Positions 26,474 through 41,851 of a stretch of DNA of 64,000 bases are shown here, piece by piece (position 1 is the stretch's first letter; each line of letters begins with the position of its first letter). The position numbers were made by a program, and so were the translations under genes. The stretch lies in NCBI RefSeq assembly GCF_009914755.1, contig NC_060946.1; one strand, 5' to 3'. This DNA comes from the human T2T-CHM13v2.0 reference genome, Homo sapiens. Under the pieces are notes generated by a model, which searched no databases, had not been told where the DNA came from, and saw nothing but the letters and a program-made list of their open reading frames with translations.

Positions 26474-26964
26474 GGCCCAGGCACTTTTTTTGAGCCTATG
26501 AGAAAATGAAGGTTTGTCTCACCCTCCACACACAGGTGTGCACTCATGTGTGCCCGTCATTCACCCCTCAGTGTGGTGCACGCTGCTGTGAGGTTTGCTG
26601 GAGGCCTGCTGGGATTCTGGGGAGGAACCAAGGTCCCCATGGGGCCTGGGCTGCCCTCTGCCTGTTGGGTCTTCCCAGAGGGTGTTGTCTGCCATGGCCA
26701 CCAGGGACACCAGTGGCCTCAGAGCTCTCCCTACGCCCAGCATCACTCCCGTCCACTCAGCCCCCATTTTCATAGTTTTGTTTTTAAACTATGGGCCCTG
26801 GACTAGGAACTGTGTTTTGGATCTGGCTCAGACCCAAAACAGCCCTTGGCCACCAAGCTCTGGACCTTGTTGGAGAGTTTGAAGGAATGAATGGGTTAAC
26901 CCAACAGGTCCTCTGGGAGACCCAGGAGAGAAGGGGCCATTATCTCCATTTTGCAAGTAGGAAT

Positions 26965-27745
<781 letters not shown>

Positions 27746-28309
27746 GAATGGATGCCCTAGGAAGCCCTGTGTGACACATTCTCTGTCCCTAAAAAGGGGC
27801 CTCTTTGCTACCTTTCTTCCTTTCACTCACTGCCTTCCTCCAGCTCAGGGCCTTAGCACGTGCAGATACCTCTGCCTGGCACACTTAGGCTGAAACTTCC
27901 ACTCTAGATGCAGCTCCCACCAGCCCCCAACCCTCCTAGTGCTCTCCCAGAGCACACTGCACTTCTCCCTCCCCACTGAGCCCCCAAAATAGGGCTACAC
28001 TTCCTTGTGTGGTTGCCTGTGAGTGCTGAGAGTGCGGGACCCCTGTCCATTTGCCTGCACTGGCCCCCAGCCGCATGTCAGGACCTTGCATACAGCTGGT
28101 GCTCAGAAAAGCCTTTGTTAGCTAAGTGAACCACATCCAGAGGTGAAATAAATGGCCCAAGGCCACACAGTAGGTTTGCTGCGGGAGACATAGGGCCCAG
28201 GCCTGCTGACTTTGGCCCCATGACTTTCAGGGAGACATTTCTCCCTCAGCCCTCCAGTGGACTTGCTGAGATGCTCACCAGGGCCTGCCAGAGACAGGGA
28301 GTACCCTGA

Positions 28310-28790
<481 letters not shown>

Positions 28791-30169
28791 TAGGTAAAGA
28801 GGATCCCAAAGATCTGGGGGCCGTGGTCTTTCCTGCCCCAGGCCCTGCGGGTTCCCAGCTCCCCTCTGATAATGCTGATGCTGATGCAGGAAGTCCTGGT
28901 CCAGAGCCTGGTGGCCAAGGGCTGTTGCCTGGCAACCGCCTCGGAGAGACAAGTTCAAGGTAAAGCCTCTGGTCTGAGCAACTTCAATGGCTGGAGGAGG
29001 AGGAGAGGAGTGGGCAAGGTGCGTTATCATCACTCCTCCCTCCCTGCTCCTGCTCACAACTGCAGAGCCTCCCCTCACCCTACAGCCCCAATGGCTCCCC
29101 TAACCCACAGATTCTAGCCCCAACCCCATACAAGCTCCTTCAGTACCCCTGCCCCTTATCACTCATTTATTCAGAGGCACCATGCTGTAGCTTCACAGGA
29201 GGTTACAGGAACAGCGTGTACAGTACCCCCTGCAGTTGTGACATGCAGTGGCCCCCTTTGTTCATTCATTCCAGATACTCCTAAGAAAGGCCACGGCAGC
29301 ACTGCCAGGCCCGGGGAACACAAGGCTGCCAGACACACGTGTGTGGGGGGACAAGCACATGCACACACAGGCTGCACGTGAGCATGCACAGGCGGGGACA
29401 CCCAGTGTGGTGGGGAAGCAAGGGCTGCCGGGGCTAGGTGAGGGACCCTACCCAGGCAGCCACTCCCACCCAACGCTGGGGCCCCAGCAGTTCCTCCACT
29501 CCCACCACTTGCACACCGGCCGCATGTCACACCTCAGTGCCCATTCACTCACGGACGCAGCTAAGATGTCCCGACCACCTACTGTGCACCCTGCACTGGG
29601 CTCACACAAACCTGGACACACAATATCACACCCAGCAAAGGCAGCCACACACAGCAAACCCCACACACACCCAGACCCGCATGTTGTTGGTTGCTGGTGC
29701 CTGGCCCACCTCCCCTAGCCATTAGTAGGCTGTCCCTGACCCACCCCTGCCCCACAGGCCAGGCCAGAGTGTCCATCACAGTGCCCTACCTTCTCTCTGG
29801 CTGGAAATGTAGGCACATGACCCGCACCTGGCCAACCATGGCACCCTATCACCACGTCTTTGGTGATTGGCCCAAGGGACCATCATGTCACCTAGTTGGA
29901 GCCAATCCACTTTCTTCCCTGAAATCTGCTATTTGGATAATAGGGAGAAAGGACATCTACTGCTTTTGGATCAAGGTCTATAAGGATGTGGGCTCAGCCC
30001 CATCAAGGGTATCTTCCATGTTCCCTGAAGGACCTGGACTCTGGGAGGTCACACCCGAACAGGCCAGGGTGCACGGAGCCCACACACACCTACACATTCA
30101 CACCCATCAGGACACAGTGTCTGGCGGAGAAATTGGCCCAGGCCACAGCTGTTATCAGGTGTCACCGTC

Positions 30170-30175
30170 TTTATT
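30170..30175 (-). terminator. SSTR3: AATAAA, probable distal SSTR3 poly(A) signal (a proximal AATAAA lies at 31097-31102)
   Basis: TTTATT on + strand downstream of the SSTR3 stop; GU-rich sequence follows on the minus strand. Confidence 0.6.
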
Positions 30176-32464
30176 GACAAGAGCTAGAGACAGAAGCAGC
30201 AAAGGGTTTCCTAACTGGCCTCCCAGGGACCATTCTAGGACATTACTCTCCTGTCCTAGGCAGCAAGAAGGCAGGATCAGCCAGAGAAGGCCAGAAGGCC
30301 AGGGCATCCTTCCTCCCTTGGACCCTCAGATCTTCCTCAAGAAACCCCAGACCAAGTCCCAGGGCCGGGCCTCCAGCCTCCATCTCCACACAAAATGTGG
30401 TTTTGTAAACTTCCTTCTCTTCTGATGGTCCCACACTCTCCCCAAGCCCTGCCTCCCTAACCCTTGGCCTCTGACCCCCCAACTGCCCATTTCTCATGGC
30501 CTACAGTGTCCTCACCCCAAAGGACAGACACAGAGAGGCCACTTGATGGAGAGGGGGGTATAGGCCAAGCCTGGGGGTGAGGAGGGCACCCCCACTTTAT
30601 AATCTGATACACCCCACCGTACCCATTGCAGTGAGCCTGGAAGTTACCTCACATGACTCATTTTCTCGTTAGATCCCAGGAGGCAGCCAAGCTGGGATTC
30701 ATCTCCATTTGTTGATGGGGAAATTGAGGCCCGGAAGGCCAATGCCAGCCCAGGACCCTGAGGTGTGCTGAAGATCCAAGTCTCCAAAAGTCTGGTTCCT
30801 GTGCTTTCCCTGAGGACCCCTGCCCTCTGCAAGGGGTGGGGAAGCGGAAGGATTTCACCGGGGGTCTCACCCTCCCAGGGCCAGCCTCACCACAGCTCTG
30901 AGGGACCATCTCTGGGAGAGAGTCTAGGCCCAGCCTTGGATGGTGGCTGCTCCCCATGGTCCCCCTCCACAGTCCCACTTCAGCCTCTTCTTGTCTTCCC
31001 TGGGCCTCCCGACCTGTAGTCTCCAGGATGATAGAGCATGGGGAGGGAGCTCCCCAGTCCTCCCAATGTCCCTGGTAGCCAGCTCCACCCTAGGGCTTTA
31101 TTAAGGCCTGAGCCCTCTTGGCAGCACTCTGAGGCCCCTCAGGGACGCAGGCCCTGTGCCTGTCTGTACTCTGTGCATTTGCCATTGCACCCTGGCTGTT
31201 CCACCCTGATCGTGTCCTTCCCTCAGTACTGGTTGGGTGGGGCTGTTGTCGGCAACTCAGGTTCACAGATGCTACCACTGAGCTCAGCCCAGGGGGGCCA
31301 AAGACGGCTCCAGGAAACAGATCTGTACTTCTCCTTCCCCCTCCTCATCCTCCCCTTTCCCCCTTGTCTTCCTCTTCCTTCTCCTTCCTCTTCCTCTTCT
31401 CCCTTCCTCTTCCTTCTCCTCACAGCGCTCTTCAGACACTCTGCCTTTCCATGCCAGTCCTCATGGGCTGGGTCCCTGTCTCGGTCTCCAGGAAGGGAGA
31501 ATATGGGTCACAAGGAGAGGAACAGGGATGGCCCTTCCTACAAGGAGGTGCCTGGAAGCCCTCAAAAGACCTGGGAACCCCCGGGGGCCCCTACTCCAGC
31601 CATAAGACCCAACATGAGCTTCCTTGGGGATTGGGTGGCTGACCTCAGCAGGGGCAGAGCCAGGCTTTGGGTGGCCTAAGCTTATGCAGTTCGAGGTCCC
31701 TCTTTAAGAAAACGAATACAAAATGACAAGTACAAAAGTAGATGCAGGGCCTTGCAAAAGCCCAGGCAGTGAGAGACCCTGAAGCTGGACTTCATTCGCT
31801 TCCATGAGCAGGAAATTCACCTGCTCTTCCCGTCCAGGAGCACAGGACCTCCAGCATTGACTGCCTGGGCCAAAAGGGTGTAGAGGTTGTTGGGTTTTAC
31901 CCAGGTGAAGCCTGAGGCCTAGAGAGGAGCAGAGCTGGTCCAAGGCCTCACAGTCGAGGGGAGGGAGCTGATCTGGGGCCTGACCATTTCTGCCCCACTC
32001 CTCCCACCGGGTTAGGCTTTCTTCTGTTTAGGTTTCCAGCCCAGCCCCCAGCAGCTCCTGTGTTCCTGACTCTGAGCCCAAGAAATCCTGGCCTTGGTTT
32101 ATCCCTCTGAGGGCCAAGATTCTAGTTGATGCCCCAAGACACTCCATCCCTGGGGGGAGGCCAGTCTGCACCCACCTTTTGCCTGCTCAGCCAGGTCAGC
32201 CCAGCAACAGTGCCCTCCAAACCTCTCATCTGACATAGCTCATCCAGGCTGATGACTCCTATCCCTGAGTCACAGAGGAGAAAACAAGGCCCAGAGAGTA
32301 GAAGCAACCTACCCAAGGTCACACAGCAAGACCTGGCAGCAATAGCATCAAAGTCCAGGCCCCTCAACATCCCATCATGGGCCTGTGGCACCTTGGGAAG
32401 TAGGCCCTAGGCACACCCACGGCTTCTGCCTCTTCCTCGGGCCATCCTGGCTTTCCCCAGGCCC

Positions 32465-33721
32465 CTACAGGTAGCTGATGCGCATCGTGCTGGACTTCTC
32501 CCCAGTGGAAGCCTCTTGGGGTAGGAGCTGCTGCTCCTTGCTGGCCACTCTGCTGGGCGGCCGCTCCTGCCCGCTGGTGCCAGGCTGCGTGATCTGGCTG
32601 ACCCGGCCGTTCATCTCCTTCCCCTTGCCCCCCTCCCTGCTCTCCTCCCCATCCTCCTCCTCCTCATCCTCCTCCTCAGTCTTCTCCGGGGGCCCCACAG
32701 TGGGCTCCTGGCTGCGCACACGGCGGGAGGGCCGCAGCAGGACCCTGCGGAAGCCCTGCTTGAAGCGGTAGGAGAGGAAGCCATAAAGGATGGGGTTGGC
32801 ACAGCTGTTGGCATAGGGCAGCGCCACCACCAGGAAGTAGAGCCCAAAGAAGGCAGGCTCCTCGGGCAGTGGGCACACCACGTTGACGATGTTGAGCACG
32901 TAGAAGGGCATCCAGCAGAGCACGAAGAGCGCCACCACGGCCACCACCATGCGCGTGACCCTGCGTTCGGAGCGCCGCCGCCGCTGGCACGAGGGTGCCC
33001 ACACCCGGCGCCCAGCTGAGCGCACCTTCACCACGATGAGCAGGTAGCAGAGGCAGATGACCAGCAGCGGCCCGAAGAAGCCCAGTGCGGCCGTGTAGAT
33101 GATGAAGCCGGCTCGCCAGGCCGCCGCCGGCTCGGGCCACTGCATGTGGCAGGTGCTCATGCCGCGGGGCACTCCCGAGAAGACCACCACGGGCAGCACC
33201 ACCACGGCTGAGGCCACCCACACAGCCGCGCTGACCGTGCGGGCCACCGGAGCTGTGCGCCAGCGGGCCGAGCGGGTGGGATGTACCACGGCCAGGTAGC
33301 GGTCCACGCTCATGACAGTCAGGCAGAATATGCTGGTGAACTGGTTGATGCCATCCACCGCCATGACCAGGCGGCACATGAGGGAGCCGAAGGGCCAGTA
33401 GGACAGGGCGTTCTGGGCGGCCAGGAAGGGCAGCCCCAGCATGAAGAGCTCGTCGGCCAGCGCCAGGTTGAGGATGTAGACGTTGGTGACTGAAGGGCTG
33501 GCCGTGTGCCGCAGGACCACATAGATGACCAGCGAGTTACCCAGCAGGCCCACCACGCACACCACCAGGTAGACCAGGGGGATCAGAACGCCACTGACGG
33601 CCAGCCCTGCCGGGCTTGGGCCCGCCGACACGTTGCCCAGGGTGGCATCTGGGGGCCAGGCCGAGGAGGCATTCTCAGGTTCTGAGGTCGTGGACACCGA
33701 TGATGGATGAAGCATGTCCAT
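32465..33721 (-). CDS. SSTR3: somatostatin receptor type 3 (class A GPCR, 418 aa, intronless CDS)
   Basis: 7 TM segments, SVDRY, SSTR signature [11 protein letters not shown], ciliary-targeting APSCQ (32984-32998), Glu-rich C-tail, C-terminal ISYL. Confidence 0.99.
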   Translation of the reverse strand: MDMLHPSSVSTTSEPENASSAWPPDATLGNVSAGPSPAGLAVSGVLIPLVYLVVCVVGLLGNSLVIYVVLRHTASPSVTNVYILNLALADELFMLGLPFLAAQNALSYWPFGSLMCRLVMAVDGINQFTSIFCLTVMSVDRYLAVVHPTRSARWRTAPVARTVSAAVWVASAVVVLPVVVFSGVPRGMSTCHMQWPEPAAAWRAGFIIYTAALGFFGPLLVICLCYLLIVVKVRSAGRRVWAPSCQRRRRSERRVTRMVVAVVALFVLCWMPFYVLNIVNVVCPLPEEPAFFGLYFLVVALPYANSCANPILYGFLSYRFKQGFRRVLLRPSRRVRSQEPTVGPPEKTEEEDEEEEDGEESREGGKGKEMNGRVSQITQPGTSGQERPPSRVASKEQQLLPQEASTGEKSSTMRISYL

Positions 33722-36700
33722 GGCTGAGGGGAGGGTGGTCAGCAGTCAGCTATTTGCCTGGGGGAAGGAAAAACAGCTCGGTCACAGCAGAGAATGGCTT
33801 TCTCTGTGCTGCCCCCTCCCATCATGCCGAACCTGGGGACCTGCTGCACGCCCATCCTCCCATCGTCTGAGAGATTTCAGAAGATGGGAGGTGCTTAGCA
33901 CGCACCATCTCATTCACCCCGCACAGCCCCGCAAGGCTGAGTCGTGTTATCCCCTTTTCTCAGATGAGGAAACTGAGGCTCAGGGAGGTGAGGTGATCAT
34001 TCTCCATCGTGGAGTGAGGGTGTGGTGTGTGGCATGAAGTCATACTGTTTCACCAACAAATACCTGCCCTTCCTTTCTACATGTGAGGCCCCAGCTGGCA
34101 GGGCCCTGTGAAGTGGGTTGCATTGCCACCAACAGGTCTCGCCCTCACATCTGAAAAACACTGCTTCATATCACAGGACCTTCACCTGGAAACCTGCTCC
34201 CTAGATGAACTTCAGAGGATCCATGAACGCCCTAAACTCCAGGTGAAGGTTAATGTCAGATCTGTTATCAGATTCTTCAGGTTCCAAATGGAGTTAAGAA
34301 CCACAGGCTTGGGGTGTCCCCTCCCCTGGGAGTCAGAGTCCTTAGGTGCCCCCTCAGCCTGGGCCATCCCACTGTGCCCCTCCCAAAGGCCCTGCCCAGG
34401 AAGGTTGGCTGTGAACCTGGGGGGCAGGTGGCTGAGGCCCCTTCTCCCCAGAGGCCGGCTGGGGTTGGAGAACTTTACAATTCACTTAGCAGATGCTATC
34501 CAAGAGTAGTCCCTCCCCCTGGCTGGAGGGGCCAGCTGCCTGGAAAAGGGGACATTTTCAGAAGGGATTTGCAGCATAAGCAAGAGCCCCCCCGCACTCC
34601 AGGTGCTTTCTTAGTGTCTTTCTCATCCCATGCCTGCGCAGAAGAAGCTGGGGCTCCTCTGGGCTCCCCTGCGAGACTCTGATCCCCTCCCCTGTGGAGT
34701 CTCCAGCCAGCTTTGGACCCTCCCCATTGCTTTCTGCCCCATCACTTCCGCACAGGCACGAGCTCTGCCTCAGTGTCAGGCATCAAATGAACCAGAGAAG
34801 CCTTCAGTGGACCAAGCCCAGTGCCAAGGGGGAATGTCAGGCCCCACTGAGGAAAGCCACGCTCAGGAGGAGGCCCAGGCAGAGCCAGGCTGGATGCAGG
34901 AGCCTCCTCTGGGGTCTGGACCACCCACTGCACCCCCTCTTCCTAATGATCCCCCAATCCCCTGGCTCCTGGCTGTCCTTGGATTCTCCCTGCAGAAAAC
35001 CCTGAAGGGAAGATAAATCTCTCAGAGGAGAAGCCCTTCTTCTAATATCCCTGACACTGGGCCTGCACTTCCTCCCTCCAATGGGAGCTGTGGTCCGCAC
35101 TGCCCTATATGGATGTCACTGTTGATGTGCAAAGCTCCTGGGAAGGGAAGGCACCCCAAATCCAAACAAACGCCTCTGAGCACGCCTGGCTACCCCTGCC
35201 CCAAGGACCTGGGGCTGCAGCGGGCTCAGAGTGCCAGGCTGGGTGAAGCCAAGGGTAGCAAGGAACCCCTAGGCCGTGGCTTCTCCAGCTGGCTGGGTTC
35301 AGAGCATCTCCTCCCTGTTCTTGGGGCTGGGAGAAGAGAAGGATTCTGAGCCTGGGTCATCCCCTAACCTGTCCTCAACCCATCCTTCTCCCCAACCCTT
35401 CATCAGGTCTCCTGAGCCTGGGACAGCAGCACTAAGGGAGGGGCACCTGGACAGTGGGCTAGAGGATCCTAACAGTGCTGCCAGCTGCTCATCACTGAGC
35501 CCTGACTGTGCCAGGTGCCAGGCTAAGCTGGTGAGCTGCAGTATCCTATGATGTCCTACGAGGGAGGCACTACTGTCATCCCCACTGCACAGATGGGGAG
35601 CAAACGTGAGGTCACATGTTCTGGTCACAGCTAGGAAGGGGCAAATCTGGAAAGATCTGTAGTGACCACCTCTACGCCCATTCCACAGGCTGGCAAACTG
35701 AAGCCAGGCCTGGGAAGGCACCCACCTGAGTGCCCAGCTGGCATCCGCTTTCCCAGTTGCCCCCAGGGCTTTGAGCTATGAGGATCATGGACTCAAAGCC
35801 TAATGGACCTTAGAGATCTAAAAATAGAATTTTGAATTCTTAGAACAGGCAGAGAATCTTACAGCCATAGGATTTTAGACTCAGTATCCTTGAATCAGAG
35901 AATGTTAGAATTCCAGAATGCTAGAATGAGTCCTTCTTAGACCTGGAATTGTGCAACCTGGAACCTTAGAGTCCTGCCTCCCTGGTAGGGGACCCGCGTC
36001 ACCATCCACCTTGCTGCCCTGTGCTGTGCACAGATCCTCTTTATAGCATCCCTGCTGGTCAGCCAATCACAAGCCAGGGCTAGATGAGGGAGGGGAGCAC
36101 CAGGCTCCTGAGAGAAGCAAGGAGCTGGGCAGGCCTAATTTCCAGGCTTCAGGGACATATGCCCCTGGGGTAGCCCGCTGGGGGTAAGCTCTGAGGTTGC
36201 CCCACCCCCACGCCTGCCCAGCACATGTCTGTGCACCCACAAGCGCATGCGCTGACACACACATGGTCCTGGCAGGAACACGGCGTGCCTAGCCAGACCC
36301 TCCTTTGTACCAGGGCATGCAGTCGCCCCTCCCAGAACCCCTGGCCCCCTCCTGGAAAACCCTGTCTCCACCCTTATCTCAGCCGGTCTTCCCTGTCAAA
36401 GTTTGAGGGGCCCAGGCAGCAGAAGCAGGGAAATTACAGCTTTCCACGCACGTAAGCCAGACCTGCAATTGAGGTGCCGTCTTTTCTTTAGAGCTGGAAT
36501 CCTGTGCATGATCTAGTTCATCCTTGAGAAGGAGGGACTTTTCCTCCCTGTCTGGTTTATCTTTGGCACAAGCTTGCCTGAAAGCTGGGGGCGGACTCCT
36601 TGGAGGACTGTTCAGGAGGAGACAGCACAGAGAGGGTGAGTGGCTGTCCTGAGCCGCACAGCCCTAACAGTTCAGGGAGGCCAGGCACCCCAATCATTCT

Positions 36701-37742
36701 CCATTTGCCCATCTCCCACCCGCTAGAACACTGGCTCTTGAAGGCAGGGGCCCTGAATGATTTATTTCTTAACCCCAGAACCTAGGACATCACCCAGAAC
36801 AGCCATAAATGTGAACAGCCAAGCCGTTCAACAAGGAGAGCTCCAAGGTGGGACATTGTCCCCGGATGGAAGCCTCAGACTCACATCATGAGATCCTCAA
36901 GAAGCCCAAGAGGGAGAGTTTTTAGAGAGGAAGAAGTTGAGGCTCAGAGAGGTTGAGTAAGCTGCAAAGGGTCACCCAGCTGGAGAGTGGGAAGCCAGAA
37001 TTCGAACCCAGTTCTATCTACTTCTAAACCATCAGTACCTCCTGGCCACACTGGCTCCTCTGAAGGCCTCAGGCTGAGAAGGATCAAAGGCCATGACAGT
37101 CCTGAATAGTGCAGGGCGATGGCCCCTGGCTCTCTGCTTGTCCTCTACATGCTTCGGCCTTCCCCCCAAAGACACCTGGCTTATGCTTGCCAGTGCCGAC
37201 TGACTCACTGGCACCCCAGGCCTGGGGCCTGATCCCAGGAGCACACCCTACAGGCCCAGCGCTGGGGGCTTGGGCTCTGCTGCACAGCGATGATGCCAAA
37301 TTGCTGTGTGACCTCGGGCAAGTCACTTCTCCCCCCTGCACCTCAGTTTCGTCATATGGAAGACAAGCGGACCCACCTCCCAGGGTTGTTTGCAGAGATT
37401 AAACGGAGGCGTGCCAAGCACAGTGCCGGGTATGGAGGGGGAGCTCAGGAGAGCTGCCACGTGAGCTGGGGAAGCCAACGACATGATACATCTGGCTCCC
37501 TCCAGCCCTGACAGCCTGCGATTCTGTGATTCCGAGATCCTAGAATCATGGCACGAGATTCTGAGACTAACGCCCCTGCCCCTGCAGCCGACCGGGAGGT
37601 CACAGGAAGGCCTCCCTCCTGCCTCCCTGGGAGTCCCCACCCTCTGCCTCCCCAGCCCCAGCCTCCCAAGTTCATCCTGGGCAGAGGATGGGCTTCCAGG
37701 ACCCCACCCTTCGGGACATCATCCGGGCCCCAGCCTCCTTAC

Positions 37743-38250
37743 CTGCCCATGGGGTGAGGGCTTCCCTCCTTGCCGCCAGGCTGGTTATCATTCTGCTGTC
37801 CCCTCTCCCTGCCCAGTCCCCAGGTGCCCCCAGGGCACTCCTAACTAGGGTCCCCACACGGCACCCACTTCTAGACCGCTTGCGGGCTCAGGTTCCCTCC
37901 CAGGCCCTCGGCCACGGCTGTCCACAGAGCCTCTCCCATCTGGTCTCCGGCCCTGACTTCCCAACCAGAGCCTGGTACGTCACCCCCCATCTCCAGGACA
38001 CATCCTGGGGGGGCAGGGGCAAGGATAGGGGGGAGAAGCTTCCCAGGGTGAGGAAGAGAAGAGGGGAGCAAGGGACACAGAAGCCAATAGAAATAGAGGG
38101 GAAAGGGGGTCGGGAGGAGGTGGAGAAAGAGAGAGAGAGAAAGAGGGAGGGGGAGAGAGAGAGAGGGAGAGGGAGAGGAGACCGTGAGTAGGAGGAAAGG
38201 CAGAATGAGGGGGAGTGATGAGAGATGCGTGACAGGGAGAAGACGAGAAG
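37743..38250 (-). other. SSTR3: probable non-coding first exon of SSTR3 (5' boundary approximate)
   Basis: Strong donor CAG|GTAAGG at 37743/37742; matching acceptor TTTTTCCTTCCCCCAG|G at 33758/33757, 36 nt before the ATG; GC-box-rich sequence at 38400-38780. Confidence 0.65.
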
Positions 38251-38350
38251 GAAAGAGAGGAGAGGAGACACGGGTGAGAGGGAGAGATGCAGAGAGAGGC
38301 AGGAGGGAGGAAGGAGAATGAGGGGGTGGCAGGGAGAGTGACAGAGAGGG
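38040..38350. repeat. polypurine (GA-rich) low-complexity tract
   Basis: Largely G/A over ~300 nt, including (GA)n runs. Confidence 0.85.
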
Positions 38351-40097
38351 ACTGTGCCACAGATGGTGACATGGAGCCCGTGAAGGAGGGAGTAAGCAGG
38401 GAGGGGCTGAGGGCCGGAGAGCAGGTGTGGGGGGTGGGGGCGGGGTGCAGGTTAAGGGAGGAGGCCCGGAGAGGGAGCAGGAGGGGCGCAGACCCTGTTA
38501 CCGGGGAGATTTCAGCCACCCACGCCCGCTGGCCTTGGCTCCTGCAGGGAGTTGGAGAGAAGAATGTGCTCAGTGCTCAGGGGAGCTGAGGCTGCCAGCC
38601 AGTAGCCAGAGCAGCTCGTGAGGCCACTGCGGCACAGGTCCCCCGGGGCAGCAGCTGTGTCCCAAGGCAAGGCTGGGTGTGGGGCTGGCCAGCCCGGGAG
38701 TCCACAGTCCAGCCCTGCAGTCGGGCACACCGGCCGCAGCACGGACCACTGGGGAGGCCGGGTGGGGGTCATTAGTCCTGGGATTGGTTACATCTGGAGA
38801 GCCCCAGGCAGGGTGAGGAGTGGAAGGACAGAACAGAGAACCAATATTTTAGGCTTTGAGGGCAAAATCATTGTGCAGTGAGAAAACAGATTTTTACTAT
38901 TTTGTAACTGACAAAACTCAAAATAGAATAATAATAATTGAGGCCAGTATTTTGTAATGTAGGTCCACTCATGAGAAGAATAGAGTTCTTTTTACAGACA
39001 TCACCTTTTGCTTAATTGGAGTTTAGAGTTAGTGTTTCATCAAACCGATTGCAAATGTTCATCCTTAAAAACCATTCTCAGCTCCTAGGCTGTACAAAAA
39101 CAGGCAGTGGGTGGGATTTGCCCCGTGGGCCATATTTACTGATCTTTGGTCTAAGAGACTCTGCCGTACGGTCCTGAGCACAGGCCCAGATGTCTTGGGA
39201 TGCCGTGCCCCTGCCTGTGCTGATTCCTGCCTCAGCACAGGAGTGATAAGGAAAGGAACAGTCAGAGACGGAAGGGAAAAGGACACACGTCTTGGCTGAG
39301 CACCTACTATGTGCCAGGCTGTACCTAGGCTGCTTTCCAAACTGGGCCATTCCCTGGGACCAGGGCTGGACCTCCTTTGTCACTAGGTACCTGGCACTGC
39401 AGAGAACTGGAAGTTGAATGCATCCAGAGGTGCCACCATGCATGCGGCAGCACACAGTAGGACACACCCACTTCCAGCCGGAGCCGGCCTGGTCTCTTAA
39501 CGCTGCCCGTCCCTTTGCCTTGTGCCCGGGACAAGGCCCTTGCTCCAGGTCTCAGCCTCCCATTGTCCTTGTCCGTACAAGTTCATGAGGTGTGGGTGGG
39601 CTCCTGGGAGCGTGTCCTCAGGGTCAAGGGTGGGTTTTCCATGGCACTGACCACCCACCCCTACCCACGGCTTCTCACTGCCCTCAGAATAAAGCTCTCT
39701 CGCCGCAGCCCACCTGGCACTGCATCCTTGATTCCTGCCGCCTGCGCGGGCCTCCTCCTCTGCTGATTTCACTCGCTCCTCTGTGCCCCAGGCGTACCCA
39801 GCCTCATGTATTCATTCACTTATTCCTGCAGGTTGGGGTATAGGGGCTGAAGACTGGACAGGGGAGTTTGAGCCCCAGCTCTACCCCTGCCGTGCACTGA
39901 ACTTAAACTTCGGTTTTCTCCTTCAGTAGATTGTACACACCTGACTGCCTGGCCTGGGGGTTCTTGCGAAGGTTAAAGGAGTGAATGCTCATCAGTGTGC
40001 CCCCTGCCACACACCTCCCCAGCACCGAGCCTTACTGCTCCAGCCTGGAACCCGTCCACTGCTCTCCATCCACAGGCTCCCGTCTGAGCCAGGCCAC

Positions 40098-40570
40098 TGA
40101 AGGGGTTCAGGACACGCCACCCCAGAATACACCACTCTGGCATATTGATTTCTCTGCACTAAAGGCACTTCAGAAACAGCAGGTGCAGAAAGGGGGCTCT
40201 GACCTCCCCTTTTCTTCCTGAAAGCAGGAGCTAAAACGCCTTGTGAAAGACGCCCTCCCTATGCCAGGAGGAGGAAAGACATTACCAGATAAGGAGAGTC
40301 GAGGCCAAAAGAAATCTGTATGAACAGATCTTTTAATCCTTATCTTCCTAGTTACACAATTGCCATTCTATGTTCAACCTGGTACAAAAGCCTTTATGCC
40401 TAGTCACTTCTTTGGGTCTTGGTCATTTGGGCGGGAGGCGGGGGGGCTCCCTTGTACATGTAAATGAAATCTGTATGTTTTTCTCCTGCTGATCTGCCTT
40501 ATGTCAGTTTAATTCTTCAGCCCAGCCAGAGACCCTAAGACAGTAAAGAAGGGTTTTTCCTCCTCCACCC
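40098..40570 (+). mobile_element. MER34-type ERV1 solo LTR
   Basis: TGAAGGGGTTCAGGACACGCCACCCCAGAATACACCACTCTGGCATATTGA matches the recalled MER34 5' end. Confidence 0.75.
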
Positions 40571-41166
40571 CACCATCACCTTGTACTCCCCTGCTTCCAC
40601 CCTCGCCCCCTACTCAGCAGAGAGAGTGAGTCCATTACAAACATAAGTCATCCCAGCTGCCTCCTTGAGAACCTCCTATGGCCACCTGTTCCTCGTCAAA
40701 TAAAATCCACAGTCCCGACCGCGGCCTAGGGACCCCATGTAACGAGCCTCAGCCTGCGCTTCCGCCACTCGGCCCTCTTCTCGTTCTAAAGCACCAGGGC
40801 CTCCATCTGAAACTCACCGGTGCCGCGAGTCCCTAGCAGGCCACTCCGGGTCCCCCTCTTCACCTTCAGCCTGGTTAGGCATCCCCTGCTCTGGCAGCCT
40901 TCTCCAGAGCCCTCCCCTTCTCCAACACTCCCTCCTTCAGGATTCCTTATCTGTAATGCAATGATTTTTTAATTTGCTTTTATTTTATCAAAGTACTGTT
41001 TGCAAGTAAATTTAGAAACCAGTAGAATAGTCCCCGCTTTATGCCCCTTATGCCTCGGTGCATACATCCCAATACCCTGAGTGGATGCCTGAATCTGTGG
41101 ATTATAGTGAACCTGTATATATATGCTATTATTTTTTCCTGTATGATGTTTTACATACCCATGGTA

Positions 41167-41447
<281 letters not shown>

Positions 41448-41453
41448 GATAAC

Positions 41454-41851
41454 TTTTTTTTAAATAAAAGATCTCACCTATGTATTACTGAACCCAGCCT
41501 ACTAGTGCAGAGCATATGAACAAAGAGAAAAAGTACCTTCCCAATCAAACATGTCCAGCTGTCCAGATAGTGGTGACATTTTCAGCTTGCTATGGTAATA
41601 TGATCACAACCTTGATACAACATGAATATGTGTAGCATCTCATGCTCAATTCCTTATAGACCCAGCTTGGTTCTTTCCAATACCTCCTTTTGGAGCTGTA
41701 CCTGATGTTATTACCAGTTTTCATACAGATCCACTGGTGAATGGGACAATTTTGCTTTTGTTTCTTGTGCAGGAATCACTTGATCCTGAAAGTCTTGTGA
41801 GAAGCTGTGGCGAGAAACGGAGTCAAGCACACACCACGATGGTGGAGAAAG
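41454..41851 (-). pseudogene. processed pseudogene of ribosomal protein L39
   Basis: Minus strand: TOP-like 5' UTR CTTTCTCC, intronless x[42 protein letters not shown] (41808-41654), 3' UTR and poly(A) remnant; ATG>ACA, in-frame TGA, 1-nt deletion. Confidence 0.93.

Noticed and set aside
32478-33522. Alternative-frame and antisense ORFs over SSTR3 (and 7991-8506 over C1QTNF6)
   Set aside because: Expected shadows of GC-rich codon usage
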